From: Candidatus Sumerlaeales bacterium
GTDB taxonomy: Bacteria; Sumerlaeota; Sumerlaeia; Sumerlaeales; Sumerlaeaceae
NCBI GenBank assembly: GCA_038243585.1
Contig: JBBSQY010000018.1
Location: 1-59,832, forward strand
Length of the DNA: 59,832 nt
Direction: 5' to 3'
Made by a program: the position numbers and the translations under genes. Of the stretch, positions 19,082-29,670 are shown one piece after another; positions within the stretch are counted from its first letter, which is position 1; the number at the start of each line of letters is the position of its first letter. Under the pieces are notes generated by a model. It was not told the DNA's origin and did not search any database. It saw only the letters and a program-made list of their open reading frames with translations.

Positions 19082-19372
19082 TACTGGACGGAAGAACGCA
19101 CCGGACTGCACGAACGAGAGTTTATCGAAACCCGGCGCCACTGGTTTGACGCCATTATCGCTCATGATACCAACGGCGGCGTAAACGTTTTAAACCTGGT
19201 GGAGGGCGAAGAAGCGATCGTCGAAAGCCCGACTGCCGCCTTTAAACCCGTTGTCGTACACTACGCAGAAACATTCACCGTGCCTGCCGCCATTGGTGCC
19301 TATACGATACGCCCCCACGGCCCCTCTTTAGGGATGCAATGCGCAACCCTGAAAGCCTATGTAAGAACTTGA
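19082..19372 (+). pseudogene. 5'-truncated remnant of a long class I mannose-6-phosphate isomerase-like (cupin) protein
   Basis: Startless frame after TAA at 19070-19072: YWTEERTGLHEREFIETRRHWF...GGVNVLNLVEGEEAIVESP...HYAETFTVPAAIGAYTIRP...LKAYVRT*. Confidence 0.75.
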
Positions 19373-19401
19373 GCAGACTCAGCCAAAGGAAAACTTTGAT
19401 T

Positions 19402-21927
19402 ATGAACTTCCGTAAATTTCTCGTAACCGTTTTAGCCACCACCATCGCCTCCATTTCCGCCGGCGCCGCCATACAGCAGGGCGGGGAAAGCGTCTCTCCG
19501 CGATCAGTCATCTCATTAAATGGCCAATGGAACATCGGCCAGGGTGAGATGGCCGCGCCGCCTGATGCGTTTCCGGGTTCCATTCCGGTTCCGGGTCTTG
19601 TCGATATGGCGGAGCCGCCTTTTGCGGATGTCGGGGTAGTAAGCCCCACGCGGGACGCTTTCTGGTATAAAAGGACCTTTCAGGTTGATGGTCCGCTGCC
19701 GTCCGTGGCGAGTCTAAAAATTTACAAGGCCGCCTTTGGCAGCCAGGTCATCCTTAACGGCAAGAAATTTGAAGAGCGCTGGCCCTCGTTTACCCCGCTT
19801 TACACGGATGTCCACGACGCTCTGGTCGTCGGCGAAAACGTTTTGCTGATCCGCGTTGGTGCCCACCCTAGTCTGTTACCAGAGGGGGTTCCCCAGGGCT
19901 ACGATGTCGAAAAGACGCGCTACATCCCGGGCATTTATGATTCCGTAGATTTAATTTTAACCGGTTCTCCGACAATTACAAACGTACAAACCGTGCCGGA
20001 GATTGACAAGAAGCAGGTTCGCGTACAGACGTTGCTGAAAAACGATTCCGGCGCATCGACCAGCACCCGCGTTAAATTTACCGTCCACGAACATAAATCT
20101 GGTCGTATCGTTGGCACGGGGGAAACCACTGTGAATCTGCCGGCATCCGGCGAAGAAACGACGGCAACCGTCACAATCTCCATAACCGACTGCCGGCTCT
20201 GGTCGCCCGAAGATCCATTTCTCTATGACGTGCAGGTAAATTGTGAAAGCGACCAGGTCACCGAACGTTTCGGAATGCGCAATTTCCGCCTGGACCAAGC
20301 CACCGGACGCGCTTACCTGAACGGAGAGACCTATTTTATGAGGGGCAGCAACATTACCCTGTACCGATTTTTTGAAGATTTCGAACGCGGCGCGTTGCCG
20401 TGGGACGAAACGTGGGTGAGAAATCTGCACAAGCTGGTTCGCGACATGCACTGGAACACCCTCCGTTACTGCATCGGGTTCCCGCCCGAGTTCTGGTACG
20501 ACATCGCCGACGAAGAAGGCATTCTTATACAGGACGAGTTTCCGATCTGGACCCGCAAAGACAGCCCGGAAATCCTTCAGACGGAGGAGCTCGTCAGTGA
20601 GTATACGGACTGGATGCGAGACCGATGGAATCATCCGTCCGTCGTGCTGTGGGACGCGCAAAACGAAACTCGAACCACTATCACGGGACACGCCATTTCC
20701 GCTGTCCGCCATCTCGATCTTTCCAACCGCCCCTGGGATAACGGCTATGGGAAATATCGTCTTCCCGGCGACAGTTTCGAGTCTCATCCTTACCTGTTTA
20801 ATAAAAAGTTTAACAATAAAGCGTTTCTCCTTAAAGATCTGTCGGTCATTTCCGGCACACCCACCGGAAATCATTCAGATAACACCGCAGACAATCCTAT
20901 TATCATCAATGAGTACGGCTGGGTTTGGCTCAACCGAGACGGCACGCCTTCCACCTTGGCCCGTGCCGTGTATAATCGCATAACTGGCGGAAAGCCCCTC
21001 AAGGTTCAGGAGCGTCGTCATCTGCACGCGCGGCTGCTGGCGGCTCTTACGGAATTCTGGCGTGGCAATCGCGCCTGCGCCGGAATTTTGCATTTTTGCA
21101 TTCTCGGGTACTCACGACCGGATGGTCAGACCAGCGATCATTTCGCGGACGTAAAATCTTTGCGTCTCGATCCGGACTTTCAAAAACATGTCCGCGACGC
21201 GTTCGCGCCTGTGGGCATTATGATCGATTTCTGGGACGACCGAACAACGCCCGGCCAGACGCGAGAAATTCCCGTCATCGTGACCAACGACCTGCCCACG
21301 AGCTGGAGCGGCCAGGTTCGCTTGAGCCTGCTGCAGGATGACAAGCCGGTCAGCAAACAGGCAAATTCTCTGGAGGCAGCGGCGCTCGGTCAGGGCCGAA
21401 CGAGTTTTTCCTTGGAAATTCCGACTGCTGAAGGCGCTTATCAAATCCGGGCCGAGATGCTTTCGGAAGGAATGGATTCCGTGAGCAGTTGGCGCGATAT
21501 AACCGTGGGCCCGGCGCTGATAGAACTGGTGACGACTGCCGGAATCGCGGTGGGAAAACCGGCTACGGCATCTTCCCCGACTGCCGGAACGAAGTTAGAA
21601 TTCAAGGCCGCTCACGCCTTCGATGGTGACCTGAATACCCGGTGGGCGGCGGAAAAATCCGTTCCCGAGTGGGTTCAGGTCGATCTCCTGAAGCCCACTG
21701 AGATTAGCGCCATCGAACTCGTCTGGGAGCAGGCGTATGCCAAGGCTTACCACATTGAAGTTTCAAACGACGCTAAAACCTGGACGCGGGTCTACAAGAC
21801 GGAGGACGGCTATGGCGCCGAACCCATTATTCGTTTTGTTCCGGTGACGGCCCGCTACGTTCGCCTGACCGCGACAAAACGAGGCAGCCAGTGGGGCGTG
21901 TCGTTATTTGAGATGAAGGTATTCTAG
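19402..21927 (+). CDS. GH2 family glycoside hydrolase with C-terminal F5/8 type C (CBM32) domain
   Basis: AAGGA RBS and signal peptide from the ATG at 19402; LWSPEDPFLY, NHPSVVLWDAQNE, INEYG; AFDGDLNTRW, ARYVRL. Confidence 0.88.
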   Translation: MNFRKFLVTVLATTIASISAGAAIQQGGESVSPRSVISLNGQWNIGQGEMAAPPDAFPGSIPVPGLVDMAEPPFADVGVVSPTRDAFWYKRTFQVDGPLPSVASLKIYKAAFGSQVILNGKKFEERWPSFTPLYTDVHDALVVGENVLLIRVGAHPSLLPEGVPQGYDVEKTRYIPGIYDSVDLILTGSPTITNVQTVPEIDKKQVRVQTLLKNDSGASTSTRVKFTVHEHKSGRIVGTGETTVNLPASGEETTATVTISITDCRLWSPEDPFLYDVQVNCESDQVTERFGMRNFRLDQATGRAYLNGETYFMRGSNITLYRFFEDFERGALPWDETWVRNLHKLVRDMHWNTLRYCIGFPPEFWYDIADEEGILIQDEFPIWTRKDSPEILQTEELVSEYTDWMRDRWNHPSVVLWDAQNETRTTITGHAISAVRHLDLSNRPWDNGYGKYRLPGDSFESHPYLFNKKFNNKAFLLKDLSVISGTPTGNHSDNTADNPIIINEYGWVWLNRDGTPSTLARAVYNRITGGKPLKVQERRHLHARLLAALTEFWRGNRACAGILHFCILGYSRPDGQTSDHFADVKSLRLDPDFQKHVRDAFAPVGIMIDFWDDRTTPGQTREIPVIVTNDLPTSWSGQVRLSLLQDDKPVSKQANSLEAAALGQGRTSFSLEIPTAEGAYQIRAEMLSEGMDSVSSWRDITVGPALIELVTTAGIAVGKPATASSPTAGTKLEFKAAHAFDGDLNTRWAAEKSVPEWVQVDLLKPTEISAIELVWEQAYAKAYHIEVSNDAKTWTRVYKTEDGYGAEPIIRFVPVTARYVRLTATKRGSQWGVSLFEMKVF

Positions 21928-21980
21928 TTTAGCATCATGGCAAGCTGCCTCACAACTCTTATTTTTTGTTCGGAGAAGTA

Positions 21981-23456
21981 ATGTCCAATTTATTGCGTTT
22001 AATATCGATGGCACCTTTGCTCGCAGCATTATTGACAATGCCTGGCAACAAAGGATGCGCCGCCACGACTTCCACCGCAGAGCGGCCCAATATCGTGTAT
22101 ATTATGTCCGACGATCACGCGGCGCACGCGATTAGTGCCTATGGAAGCCGGATCAACAAGACTCCCAACATCGATAGAATTGGCGTTGAGGGCATGATCC
22201 TGGAGAATTGCTTCGCGACAAACGCCCTGTGCGCCCCAAGCCGCGCGACAATTTTAACTGGCAAGTACAGCCATCTAAACGGCGTCACAACCCACAAAAG
22301 CCCGCCATTCGACGGCTCACAAATGACTTACCCCAAGTTTCTGCAAAAGGCCGGATACCAGACGGCTATTGTAGGAAAGTGGCATCTGAAAAGCGATCCG
22401 ACAGGTTTCAATTATTGGAACATTCTGCCGGGGCAGGGCAAATACCATAACCCGGACATGATCGAGAACGGAAAGCGCAAAAAACATAAAGGTTACGCCA
22501 CCGACATCATTACGGATTTCAGTATCGACTACCTGAAGCGGCGCGATAAACAAAAACCGTTTATGCTGGCTGTGCATCATAAGGCGGCCCATCGCCCTTG
22601 GCAGCCGGACAAAAAACATGCGGGTATGTATATAGACGTGGATATCCCGCATCCGGAAACATTCAACGATGACTACACAAGTCGGTCGACAGGAGCCCGG
22701 CGCGCGGAATTGCGTATGACCGATCTTGTCCGATCGGATGTGAAATCGACGGTTCCCGCGGGACTGAGCGAGGCTGAGGAAAAAAACTGGTATTACCAGC
22801 GCTACATAAAAGACTATCTACGGTGCATCGCGTCTGTGGACGACAATGTCGGGCGCATTTTGGATTACCTTGAATCCGAGAAACTGCTGGAAAATACCCT
22901 CGTGATTTATACGTCGGATCAGGGCATGTTCCTGGGGGATCATGGATGGTTCGACAAGCGGTTTATGTATGAGGAATCCATACGGATGCCGTTTCTGGCG
23001 CGTTATCCGAAGGAAATTAAATCCGGCGCGCGCAGCGGCGCGATGGTAACAAACGTGGACTTCGCACCGACACTGCTTGATTTTGCGGGAGTGGATAAAC
23101 CGCCGGAAATGCAGGGGGTCAGCTTTCGGAAGGTATTGGATGGCGCAACGCCCGAGGACTGGCAGACCGCCATGTATTACCATTTTTACGAATTCCCGAC
23201 GCCCATCGGCCATCTGGCGCCGCGTCAATACGGCATCCGCAACGGCCGCTACAAGCTGATCCATTATTACTACCCGACCGACGAGTGGGAGTTTTTTGAT
23301 CTGGAAAAAGACCCCAATGAAATGCGCAGCGTGTACGACGTTCCTGAGTATGCCGACGAACTGGCGAAAATGAAAAAGCAGTTGAAGGAATTGCAGCTAA
23401 AATACAAAGACACTATTGGAACTACGGTCGTTGTTCCGGAGGATAAATCGAAATGA
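21981..23456 (+). CDS. Formylglycine-dependent sulfatase (resembles GlcNAc/GlcNS-6-sulfatases)
   Basis: SDDH, LCAPSRATILTGKYSH, GKWHL, YTSDQG, GDHGWFDKRFMYEES; signal peptide. Confidence 0.92.
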   Translation: MSNLLRLISMAPLLAALLTMPGNKGCAATTSTAERPNIVYIMSDDHAAHAISAYGSRINKTPNIDRIGVEGMILENCFATNALCAPSRATILTGKYSHLNGVTTHKSPPFDGSQMTYPKFLQKAGYQTAIVGKWHLKSDPTGFNYWNILPGQGKYHNPDMIENGKRKKHKGYATDIITDFSIDYLKRRDKQKPFMLAVHHKAAHRPWQPDKKHAGMYIDVDIPHPETFNDDYTSRSTGARRAELRMTDLVRSDVKSTVPAGLSEAEEKNWYYQRYIKDYLRCIASVDDNVGRILDYLESEKLLENTLVIYTSDQGMFLGDHGWFDKRFMYEESIRMPFLARYPKEIKSGARSGAMVTNVDFAPTLLDFAGVDKPPEMQGVSFRKVLDGATPEDWQTAMYYHFYEFPTPIGHLAPRQYGIRNGRYKLIHYYYPTDEWEFFDLEKDPNEMRSVYDVPEYADELAKMKKQLKELQLKYKDTIGTTVVVPEDKSK

Positions 23457-24877
23457 TGTTTCCAGCCATCCTTTACCACTCAAGCAAAACGGTTCTATCT
23501 GGTCTGGCTCTGGCCGTGGTATTGTCAGGTGTTCCATTGCCTGCCCATTCAGCAGAGACCACCGCCACGCGACCCAATATCCTTTGGCTTAGTTTCGAAG
23601 ATCACGGCGTTGAGCTTCCTTTTTATGGGGATCCTCACGCTCATATGCCGAACCTGAAAAAGCTGGCTGATAGCGGCACTGTCTTCACACGAGCTATTTC
23701 TTCCGCGCCGGTTTGCGCGCCAAGTCGCTCCACCATCATCACGGGCGTTCACGCCGCCACCCTTGGCACCCACCACATGCGCAGCGACGTCGCTTTGATG
23801 CCAGGGATAAAAACGTTTCCAACCTATCTGCGCGATGCTGGGTATTACTGCACCAACAACGTAAAAACCGACTACAATTTTGCCGTACCAGAAGGTACTT
23901 GGGATGAAAACAGCAGAAAAGCTCACTGGCGTGATCGGTCAAACCCCGACCAGCCATTCTTTTCCGTTTTCAACTTCACTGTCACCCATGAAGGGAAATT
24001 TAAGCTCACCGACAAAAAGTTTGAGGAGATGGTAAAGGATGTAAGTCCCAGCCACCGGGTTGACCCGTCAACGGTCAAGCCGCCTCCCTATTTTCCTGAT
24101 ACTCCCGTAACCCGCAATGATTGGGCTCGTCAGTACGATCTCGCTTCGCAACTCGACGTGGAAGCTGGCAGGATTCTCAAGCAGCTCAAAGATGACGGCC
24201 TTGCCACCAATACGATTATATTTCTCTTCAGCGACCATGGCATCGGACTTCCGCGAAGCAAACGCTGGCTGTACGACGCGGGCCTCCACGTTCCGCTGGT
24301 GGTGAGCTGGCCGGGGGTTACGGCACCGGGTTCCCGCAACGAAGAACTTGTGAGCCTGATCGATCTGCCACCAACTGTGCTGTCAATTACGGGTCTAAAA
24401 ATCCCTAATTATATGCAGGGGCGGATATTTCTTGGCCCTGAAAAACAGCCTGAACCGGAGTATATTTTCGCAACTCGCGACCGTATTGACGAAGCAGTAG
24501 ACATGAGCAGGGCGGTCCGCGACCGTCAGTTTAAGTATATCAAAAACTTCTTCCCTGAAATCATCTATGCTCAACCAACAGTTTACCCGGACGGGAATCC
24601 GACGATGCGCGAGATGAGACGAATGCACGAGGACGGTACTCTGACCGGCCCGGCAGCGCTGCTGTTTCAGGCAAAAAAGCCCGCCGAGGAGCTCTACGAC
24701 ACTGTAGCGGACCCTTACGAAATTAACGACCTCGCCAATGACCCACAACAAAAATCCAAACTGGAAGCCATGCGCACGGCCTTGGTCGAATGGCAAAGCC
24801 GCATCAAAGATAAAGGTCTGCAGCCTGAACCTGAAAAACAAAAGCGAAAAGCCGATGCAAAAAGGAACAGGCGTTAG
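23453..24877 (+). CDS. Formylglycine-dependent sulfatase (resembles N-sulfoglucosamine sulfohydrolases)
   Basis: VCAPSRSTIITG, HHMRS, KTDYN, SDHG..LPRSKRWLYD, RDRIDE; ATGA overlap with the upstream gene. Confidence 0.92.
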   Translation: MMFPAILYHSSKTVLSGLALAVVLSGVPLPAHSAETTATRPNILWLSFEDHGVELPFYGDPHAHMPNLKKLADSGTVFTRAISSAPVCAPSRSTIITGVHAATLGTHHMRSDVALMPGIKTFPTYLRDAGYYCTNNVKTDYNFAVPEGTWDENSRKAHWRDRSNPDQPFFSVFNFTVTHEGKFKLTDKKFEEMVKDVSPSHRVDPSTVKPPPYFPDTPVTRNDWARQYDLASQLDVEAGRILKQLKDDGLATNTIIFLFSDHGIGLPRSKRWLYDAGLHVPLVVSWPGVTAPGSRNEELVSLIDLPPTVLSITGLKIPNYMQGRIFLGPEKQPEPEYIFATRDRIDEAVDMSRAVRDRQFKYIKNFFPEIIYAQPTVYPDGNPTMREMRRMHEDGTLTGPAALLFQAKKPAEELYDTVADPYEINDLANDPQQKSKLEAMRTALVEWQSRIKDKGLQPEPEKQKRKADAKRNRR

Positions 24878-25026
24878 AGGAGATAAAACCGTCCTCGATT
24901 AGACGCAAACAAAAATAGACCGCCCCATTTTAAGCGCGCGCTTTATACCTGTTACGGATATCAATAAGGAAGATAACAACTGATCAGCAATGAATGCAAA
25001 ATGACATGACAACGAGCTGTTGCACG

Positions 25027-25102
<76 letters not shown>

Positions 25103-25174
25103 CCCTGTGAGATGCGCCCCCAAATACGCGAAAACCGGGGTGCTTATTCAAGATAACCGTGATAATCTTTTGTG

Positions 25175-26131
25175 CTATTCGCCGGCCGAACATGAGACAA
25201 TAACTACTGAAATATTGTCATGCCCGCCCGCTTCGTTTGCCCGCGCAACCAGAGTATTCGCCGCCTGCCTTATGCTGTCGCTATGGGTGCGCATTATTTC
25301 TTCAATAACGTGATCTTCGATCATTCCAGACAGCCCGTCGCTACACAGCATAAAATAGTCGCCGTCCTCCACCTTTTCCATGCGCAGGTCGATCTCAAGC
25401 TCGGTTCGATTTCCTAAAGCGCGAGTGATAACATTGCGATAACGGTGAGTGCGGGCTTCTTCCGCCGTGATAATGTTTTTAAGCAGCTGTTCGTTAACCC
25501 AGGAGTGGTCGCTCGTTAGTAGTTCAAACTCACTGCCGCGCATTCGATAGACTCTGCTGTCGCCAACATGGGCAATTACGGCCTGATCTCCCGTGACGCG
25601 CACTCCAACCAGCGTTGTTCCCATGCCGTTTAGTTCGGTGCGATCCTGCTGCATTTTGCAAAGGGTCTGGTTTGCCAGCTGAATTCCCGTTACCAGCGCA
25701 TTATCCTCGTTAGAGAGCCTTGTATCAAACCCAAACGGCCAGGTAAGGCTTTTATCGCGGGCAAATTTCTCTGCAAACTCTGCTACCGCCTGAATGGAAG
25801 TGCTGCTCGCGACCTCTCCCGCCGCATGTCCCCCCATGCCGTCCGCCACCAGATACATACCTAGCTCGTCGGATCGAAAGAAGTTATCTTCGTTGTGCGT
25901 TCGCTTAAGACCAATATCTGTAATTCCAAAAGACCGTAATTTCATACGAATAACACCGCGTGCGGCCTCCGGCGAGTTGTGTATTTTTTCAGCAGACTCA
26001 TTTGCATTCCGGCTAAGATCATACGCACTTAAGCCCGAGGCAACACTTTTCTTCGTGGCTTTCTCCGGCTTTTGCTTTTGCGTGGTAGGGGATAAGCTAT
26101 CGACAATGTTTCTAAAAAACTTCATAACCAC
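25175..26131 (-). CDS. PP2C-type Ser/Thr phosphatase (Stp1/PrpC-like) with ~60-aa N-terminal extension
   Basis: TDIGLKRTHNED, VADGMGGH, GMGTT, HVGDSR, LCSDGL, GGHDNISV. Confidence 0.93.
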   Translation of the reverse strand: MVMKFFRNIVDSLSPTTQKQKPEKATKKSVASGLSAYDLSRNANESAEKIHNSPEAARGVIRMKLRSFGITDIGLKRTHNEDNFFRSDELGMYLVADGMGGHAAGEVASSTSIQAVAEFAEKFARDKSLTWPFGFDTRLSNEDNALVTGIQLANQTLCKMQQDRTELNGMGTTLVGVRVTGDQAVIAHVGDSRVYRMRGSEFELLTSDHSWVNEQLLKNIITAEEARTHRYRNVITRALGNRTELEIDLRMEKVEDGDYFMLCSDGLSGMIEDHVIEEIMRTHSDSIRQAANTLVARANEAGGHDNISVVIVSCSAGE

Positions 26132-27966
26132 TAATGATGGTCCTGCGACGACGTGTTCTTTAAAAAATACCCGGACAGCAGAGGGCGCACCGGAGTCGTG
26201 TTTTCATCCGCTCGTCGTAAGCTGTCTGTCAGAATATCGTCAGCGTGCTGTCCATGGAAAAACTCATCAATTTCCGCTGCCGTCGTCCGGTTCAAGCTGC
26301 AAAGATAATGACGATGAATCCTGACGGCCACATGATCTATGGTTTTATCTGAAGAGTCGCACAGATCTTCCAGCACCGCCAACGACCGCAAGAAAGTCGT
26401 CTCCTGCTCTGATTCCACCTCGTTGCTAGCCAATAGGTGTTGCCAGCTAAGCTCAGCTGGCTGTGTTCGAACGCATATCAAAAACCATTTCCGAACCATT
26501 CTGTCCCGCAGCCATTCTGGATTAATTTTAGCGCGGATCCGCACCCGTGCCGTGGGACACTCAACCATCAGCTTAAGCAATGTCTTCTCCACGACGCCTT
26601 CGTTGCCGTCGTGGCTACTTGCCACTTGTTCCCGCAGCCGATCCAGGCTCCTCGGATTCGTCTCACTTAACTGCCTCTGAATCAGCGAACTATCCACCTG
26701 CAACCGGTCGGCCAGGCGGCGCACATAATCATTTCTCGCAATAGGCTTCTTAACCCGCCTCAACAAGGGCAACAACATTTCAACCGTCTGCACCTTGCCC
26801 TCGGCAGACCGCGCATCAAAACGCCGTAGTGCGAGACCCAGGAAATGCTCGAAAAAATTTCTCGCCGTATCAACCAGCCCCTTGAAAGCATCAGCCCCGT
26901 TAGCAGTCAGGAACGAGTCAGGGTCATGGCCATCCGGCAGCGAGACAATAGTTACCCCCAGCCCCTGCTCCAGCAACGTTTCGGTGCCGCGAAGCATCGC
27001 TTTTTGACCCGCTTCGTCACCGTCATACACAAATGCCACATCAGTACAAAATCGCTTGATCGTCCGTGCCTGGTCATCTGTGAAAGCCGTACCGCAAGAG
27101 GCTACGCTGTTAGTGATGCCATGGACATGGGCGCGAATGACGTCCATATAGCCTTCCATCAGCAGAGCTTTCTTTTCCTTAACAATGGAGTCCTTCGCCA
27201 CGTGCAGCGCATACAGCGCTTGTCCCTTATGATAAGCCAGCGTTTCGGGAGAATTAATATACTTAGGCTCGTCCGGCCCCGCATCGGCGGCATACACCCT
27301 GGCCCCAAAAGCCACCGGGGCGCCGTGGCTGTCATGAATCGGAAAAATCAGACGCTTTCGAAATCGGTCATACACCCGGTCTTTAGTAGCATGGCGGGTT
27401 ATCAGGCCCGCGTTTAAAAGGCATTCTCGGCTGTGTCCTGCCTTAATCGCTTCATCCATAAGCGCCGTCCAAGCGTCCGGGGCCAGCCCAATATGAAACT
27501 GCTCCACAACCTCAGGACCCAGCCCGCGTCGATTCAGATAATCCCGTATTTCATCGCCAGCCGCAACCTGCTTCCGAAGCTGCCGATTAAAATACTCCAT
27601 GGCAAATTGCGTCGCAGCCAGCGCGGCCGACTTGGCATCGCGTTCGCCAGCCTGCTCCTGCGGAGCGTTGCGAAACTCCGGCATGGGAATAGAATATTCT
27701 TTCGAAAGGTGGCGGACCGCGTCCATCCACTCCATCCGCTCAATCTTCTGAACGAATTTAATTACGTCGCCGCCCTCGTGGCAGCCGAAACAATGAAAAA
27801 TTTGCTTAGACGTGCTCAGAGTAAACGACGGCGTCTTTTCATTGTGGAATGGGCACAGCCCCTTCATATTCGTGCCCATGCGGCGCAGTTCCACATAGCG
27901 GCCCACCACATCCGCAATGTCCACCTGGGACCTTAATTTATCCGCAAACTCTAAAATTGCGCTCAT
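26131..27966 (-). CDS. dnaG: DNA primase
   Basis: CPFHNEKTPSF..FHCFGC, KYINSPET, EGYMDV, YDGDEAG, DPD. Confidence 0.98.
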   Translation of the reverse strand: MSAILEFADKLRSQVDIADVVGRYVELRRMGTNMKGLCPFHNEKTPSFTLSTSKQIFHCFGCHEGGDVIKFVQKIERMEWMDAVRHLSKEYSIPMPEFRNAPQEQAGERDAKSAALAATQFAMEYFNRQLRKQVAAGDEIRDYLNRRGLGPEVVEQFHIGLAPDAWTALMDEAIKAGHSRECLLNAGLITRHATKDRVYDRFRKRLIFPIHDSHGAPVAFGARVYAADAGPDEPKYINSPETLAYHKGQALYALHVAKDSIVKEKKALLMEGYMDVIRAHVHGITNSVASCGTAFTDDQARTIKRFCTDVAFVYDGDEAGQKAMLRGTETLLEQGLGVTIVSLPDGHDPDSFLTANGADAFKGLVDTARNFFEHFLGLALRRFDARSAEGKVQTVEMLLPLLRRVKKPIARNDYVRRLADRLQVDSSLIQRQLSETNPRSLDRLREQVASSHDGNEGVVEKTLLKLMVECPTARVRIRAKINPEWLRDRMVRKWFLICVRTQPAELSWQHLLASNEVESEQETTFLRSLAVLEDLCDSSDKTIDHVAVRIHRHYLCSLNRTTAAEIDEFFHGQHADDILTDSLRRADENTTPVRPLLSGYFLKNTSSQDHH

Positions 27967-28041
27967 TAGTCACCCTTGCCGCCGGGTTAATTACCCACGC
28001 ATCCCACAAAAACTTTTAACAAATACAAGTGCAATGACGCA

Positions 28042-29583
28042 TCACAGAGCATTCCGATATTTTGCGCTTAATAAACAATCATCATGCTCAGGCCGCTTCT
28101 CCTTAAAGATTCCTGTCAGCATCATAGAACAGCCATCATCCTTATCTCTTTGCCACCCACACCAAAGCCCCAGTGCCGCCCAAAACAACACGCCACTGCA
28201 TGGAAGGTGAAACGGAAACCCAAAAAACGCATCGACCGCTACAGCAGCAAACGCACCCGAAAACGCCGCATTAACCAAAGCACCTGATCGCCCCACGGCA
28301 TTTCTGCGGCTGTATCGAACGCAACCCGCCCCGACCCACGCCCATATTCCCGTCCATGCAAACGCCCCAATTAGTCCGCTTTCCACCAACACCTGAAGAT
28401 GATCATTGTGCAAAAATCCTGGCCGCACGCCCCGTATCACATATTGTACGATAAAATGCCACGGTTCCCCGGGCTCAATCTCCGGCATCCGCGACAGCGT
28501 CCACCAGAACTGGCTGTCGAACTGACCGGCACCGATTCCGAAAATAGGCGATGTCTTAAGCATTTCGAGCCCGACAATCCAATAGAACACACGGCTCGCG
28601 ATCTCCTGCCCCGCGAAAACGCGATCAGACATATCAAAAGATGGCCTCAGACCCGGAAAAGCAACCAGTGTCAATACCAGCGCGGAGCCTGTTCCAAGCA
28701 TTACAGCCATGAAATTCACGACTCGGCGACCAGTCCACCGACTCGCCCCCGAACACAATGCCAGCATAAAAAATGAAAACAGTCCAGCGACCACAGCCAA
28801 AACCGGCCCTCGAGTCCCCCCAGCCGCCATAGCCAAAATACACACAACCGCCGACCCACCCCCAACCACACGCCACGCCAGCGGAACCCGAGACGCCGCC
28901 AGCCCCGCCGCCATCACCACCACCGGCGCCATGTAGCTGCCCATATAATTAGGATGTCCAAAAGTTGATGCAATCAGTTGTTTACCCCGGATAATGTCGA
29001 GCGTTCCCGGAACAACCGCGCTATAAGCTAAGGGATCCAAACCGCTATTCTGCATAAGCGCAATTACAGCCAGCGGAATAACTCCCACCGCCAAAGTCAG
29101 TTGAAAAACAACCAGATCTCGAGTCACGCTCCGATGCAGCGCCCCTGCCACGAAAACCACGAGGAAAGCAATCTGCAAAAGCAGGTCGCGGCCCATCGAC
29201 TGAAACTGCGGCGCAAACACCGCCCTCACCAGCGTAATAGTAAACCAAGCCACAACTGCGAAAAACACCAGGTGTCCGGCGGGGTCGGCGGTAATGTTAC
29301 TAAAGCGCCGACGCTTCAAAAAGCATAACAACGAAGCCCATCCAACGCACAAGGCGCCCAACACCACAAACCAGGATTGACTATCAACGGGGCCCGTGAG
29401 AAAATCCGGATTTTCTGTTACGCGTCCAGACACCCAACGGGTGATCCCCAGCCACGGCACCGGAATGGCAAAAGGGCAACCCGCCACCACCGCCAGAAGA
29501 GCTATAAAGATAAGACGTCGTGCAACTACTGTCGAAAACCACATAATCAAAAACATCCAGCACGAAAACGGAACGCAAGCCAT
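28042..29583 (-). CDS. O-antigen ligase / O-oligosaccharyltransferase family (Wzy_C) membrane protein
   Basis: Many TM segments; STFGHPN, GTRG, PIFGIGAGQF, HNDHLQVLVESGLIG; start uncertain. Confidence 0.85.
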   Translation of the reverse strand: MACVPFSCWMFLIMWFSTVVARRLIFIALLAVVAGCPFAIPVPWLGITRWVSGRVTENPDFLTGPVDSQSWFVVLGALCVGWASLLCFLKRRRFSNITADPAGHLVFFAVVAWFTITLVRAVFAPQFQSMGRDLLLQIAFLVVFVAGALHRSVTRDLVVFQLTLAVGVIPLAVIALMQNSGLDPLAYSAVVPGTLDIIRGKQLIASTFGHPNYMGSYMAPVVVMAAGLAASRVPLAWRVVGGGSAVVCILAMAAGGTRGPVLAVVAGLFSFFMLALCSGASRWTGRRVVNFMAVMLGTGSALVLTLVAFPGLRPSFDMSDRVFAGQEIASRVFYWIVGLEMLKTSPIFGIGAGQFDSQFWWTLSRMPEIEPGEPWHFIVQYVIRGVRPGFLHNDHLQVLVESGLIGAFAWTGIWAWVGAGCVRYSRRNAVGRSGALVNAAFSGAFAAVAVDAFFGFPFHLPCSGVLFWAALGLWCGWQRDKDDGCSMMLTGIFKEKRPEHDDCLLSAKYRNAL

Positions 29584-29670
29584 TTCCAGTTGTATCAGCT
29601 TTTCACAGTTTGGCTTTCTTTCTTTTGCTTTTCCTTCGCGTCCTTCGGGCTTCCCGTCAAATTCGTAAGC

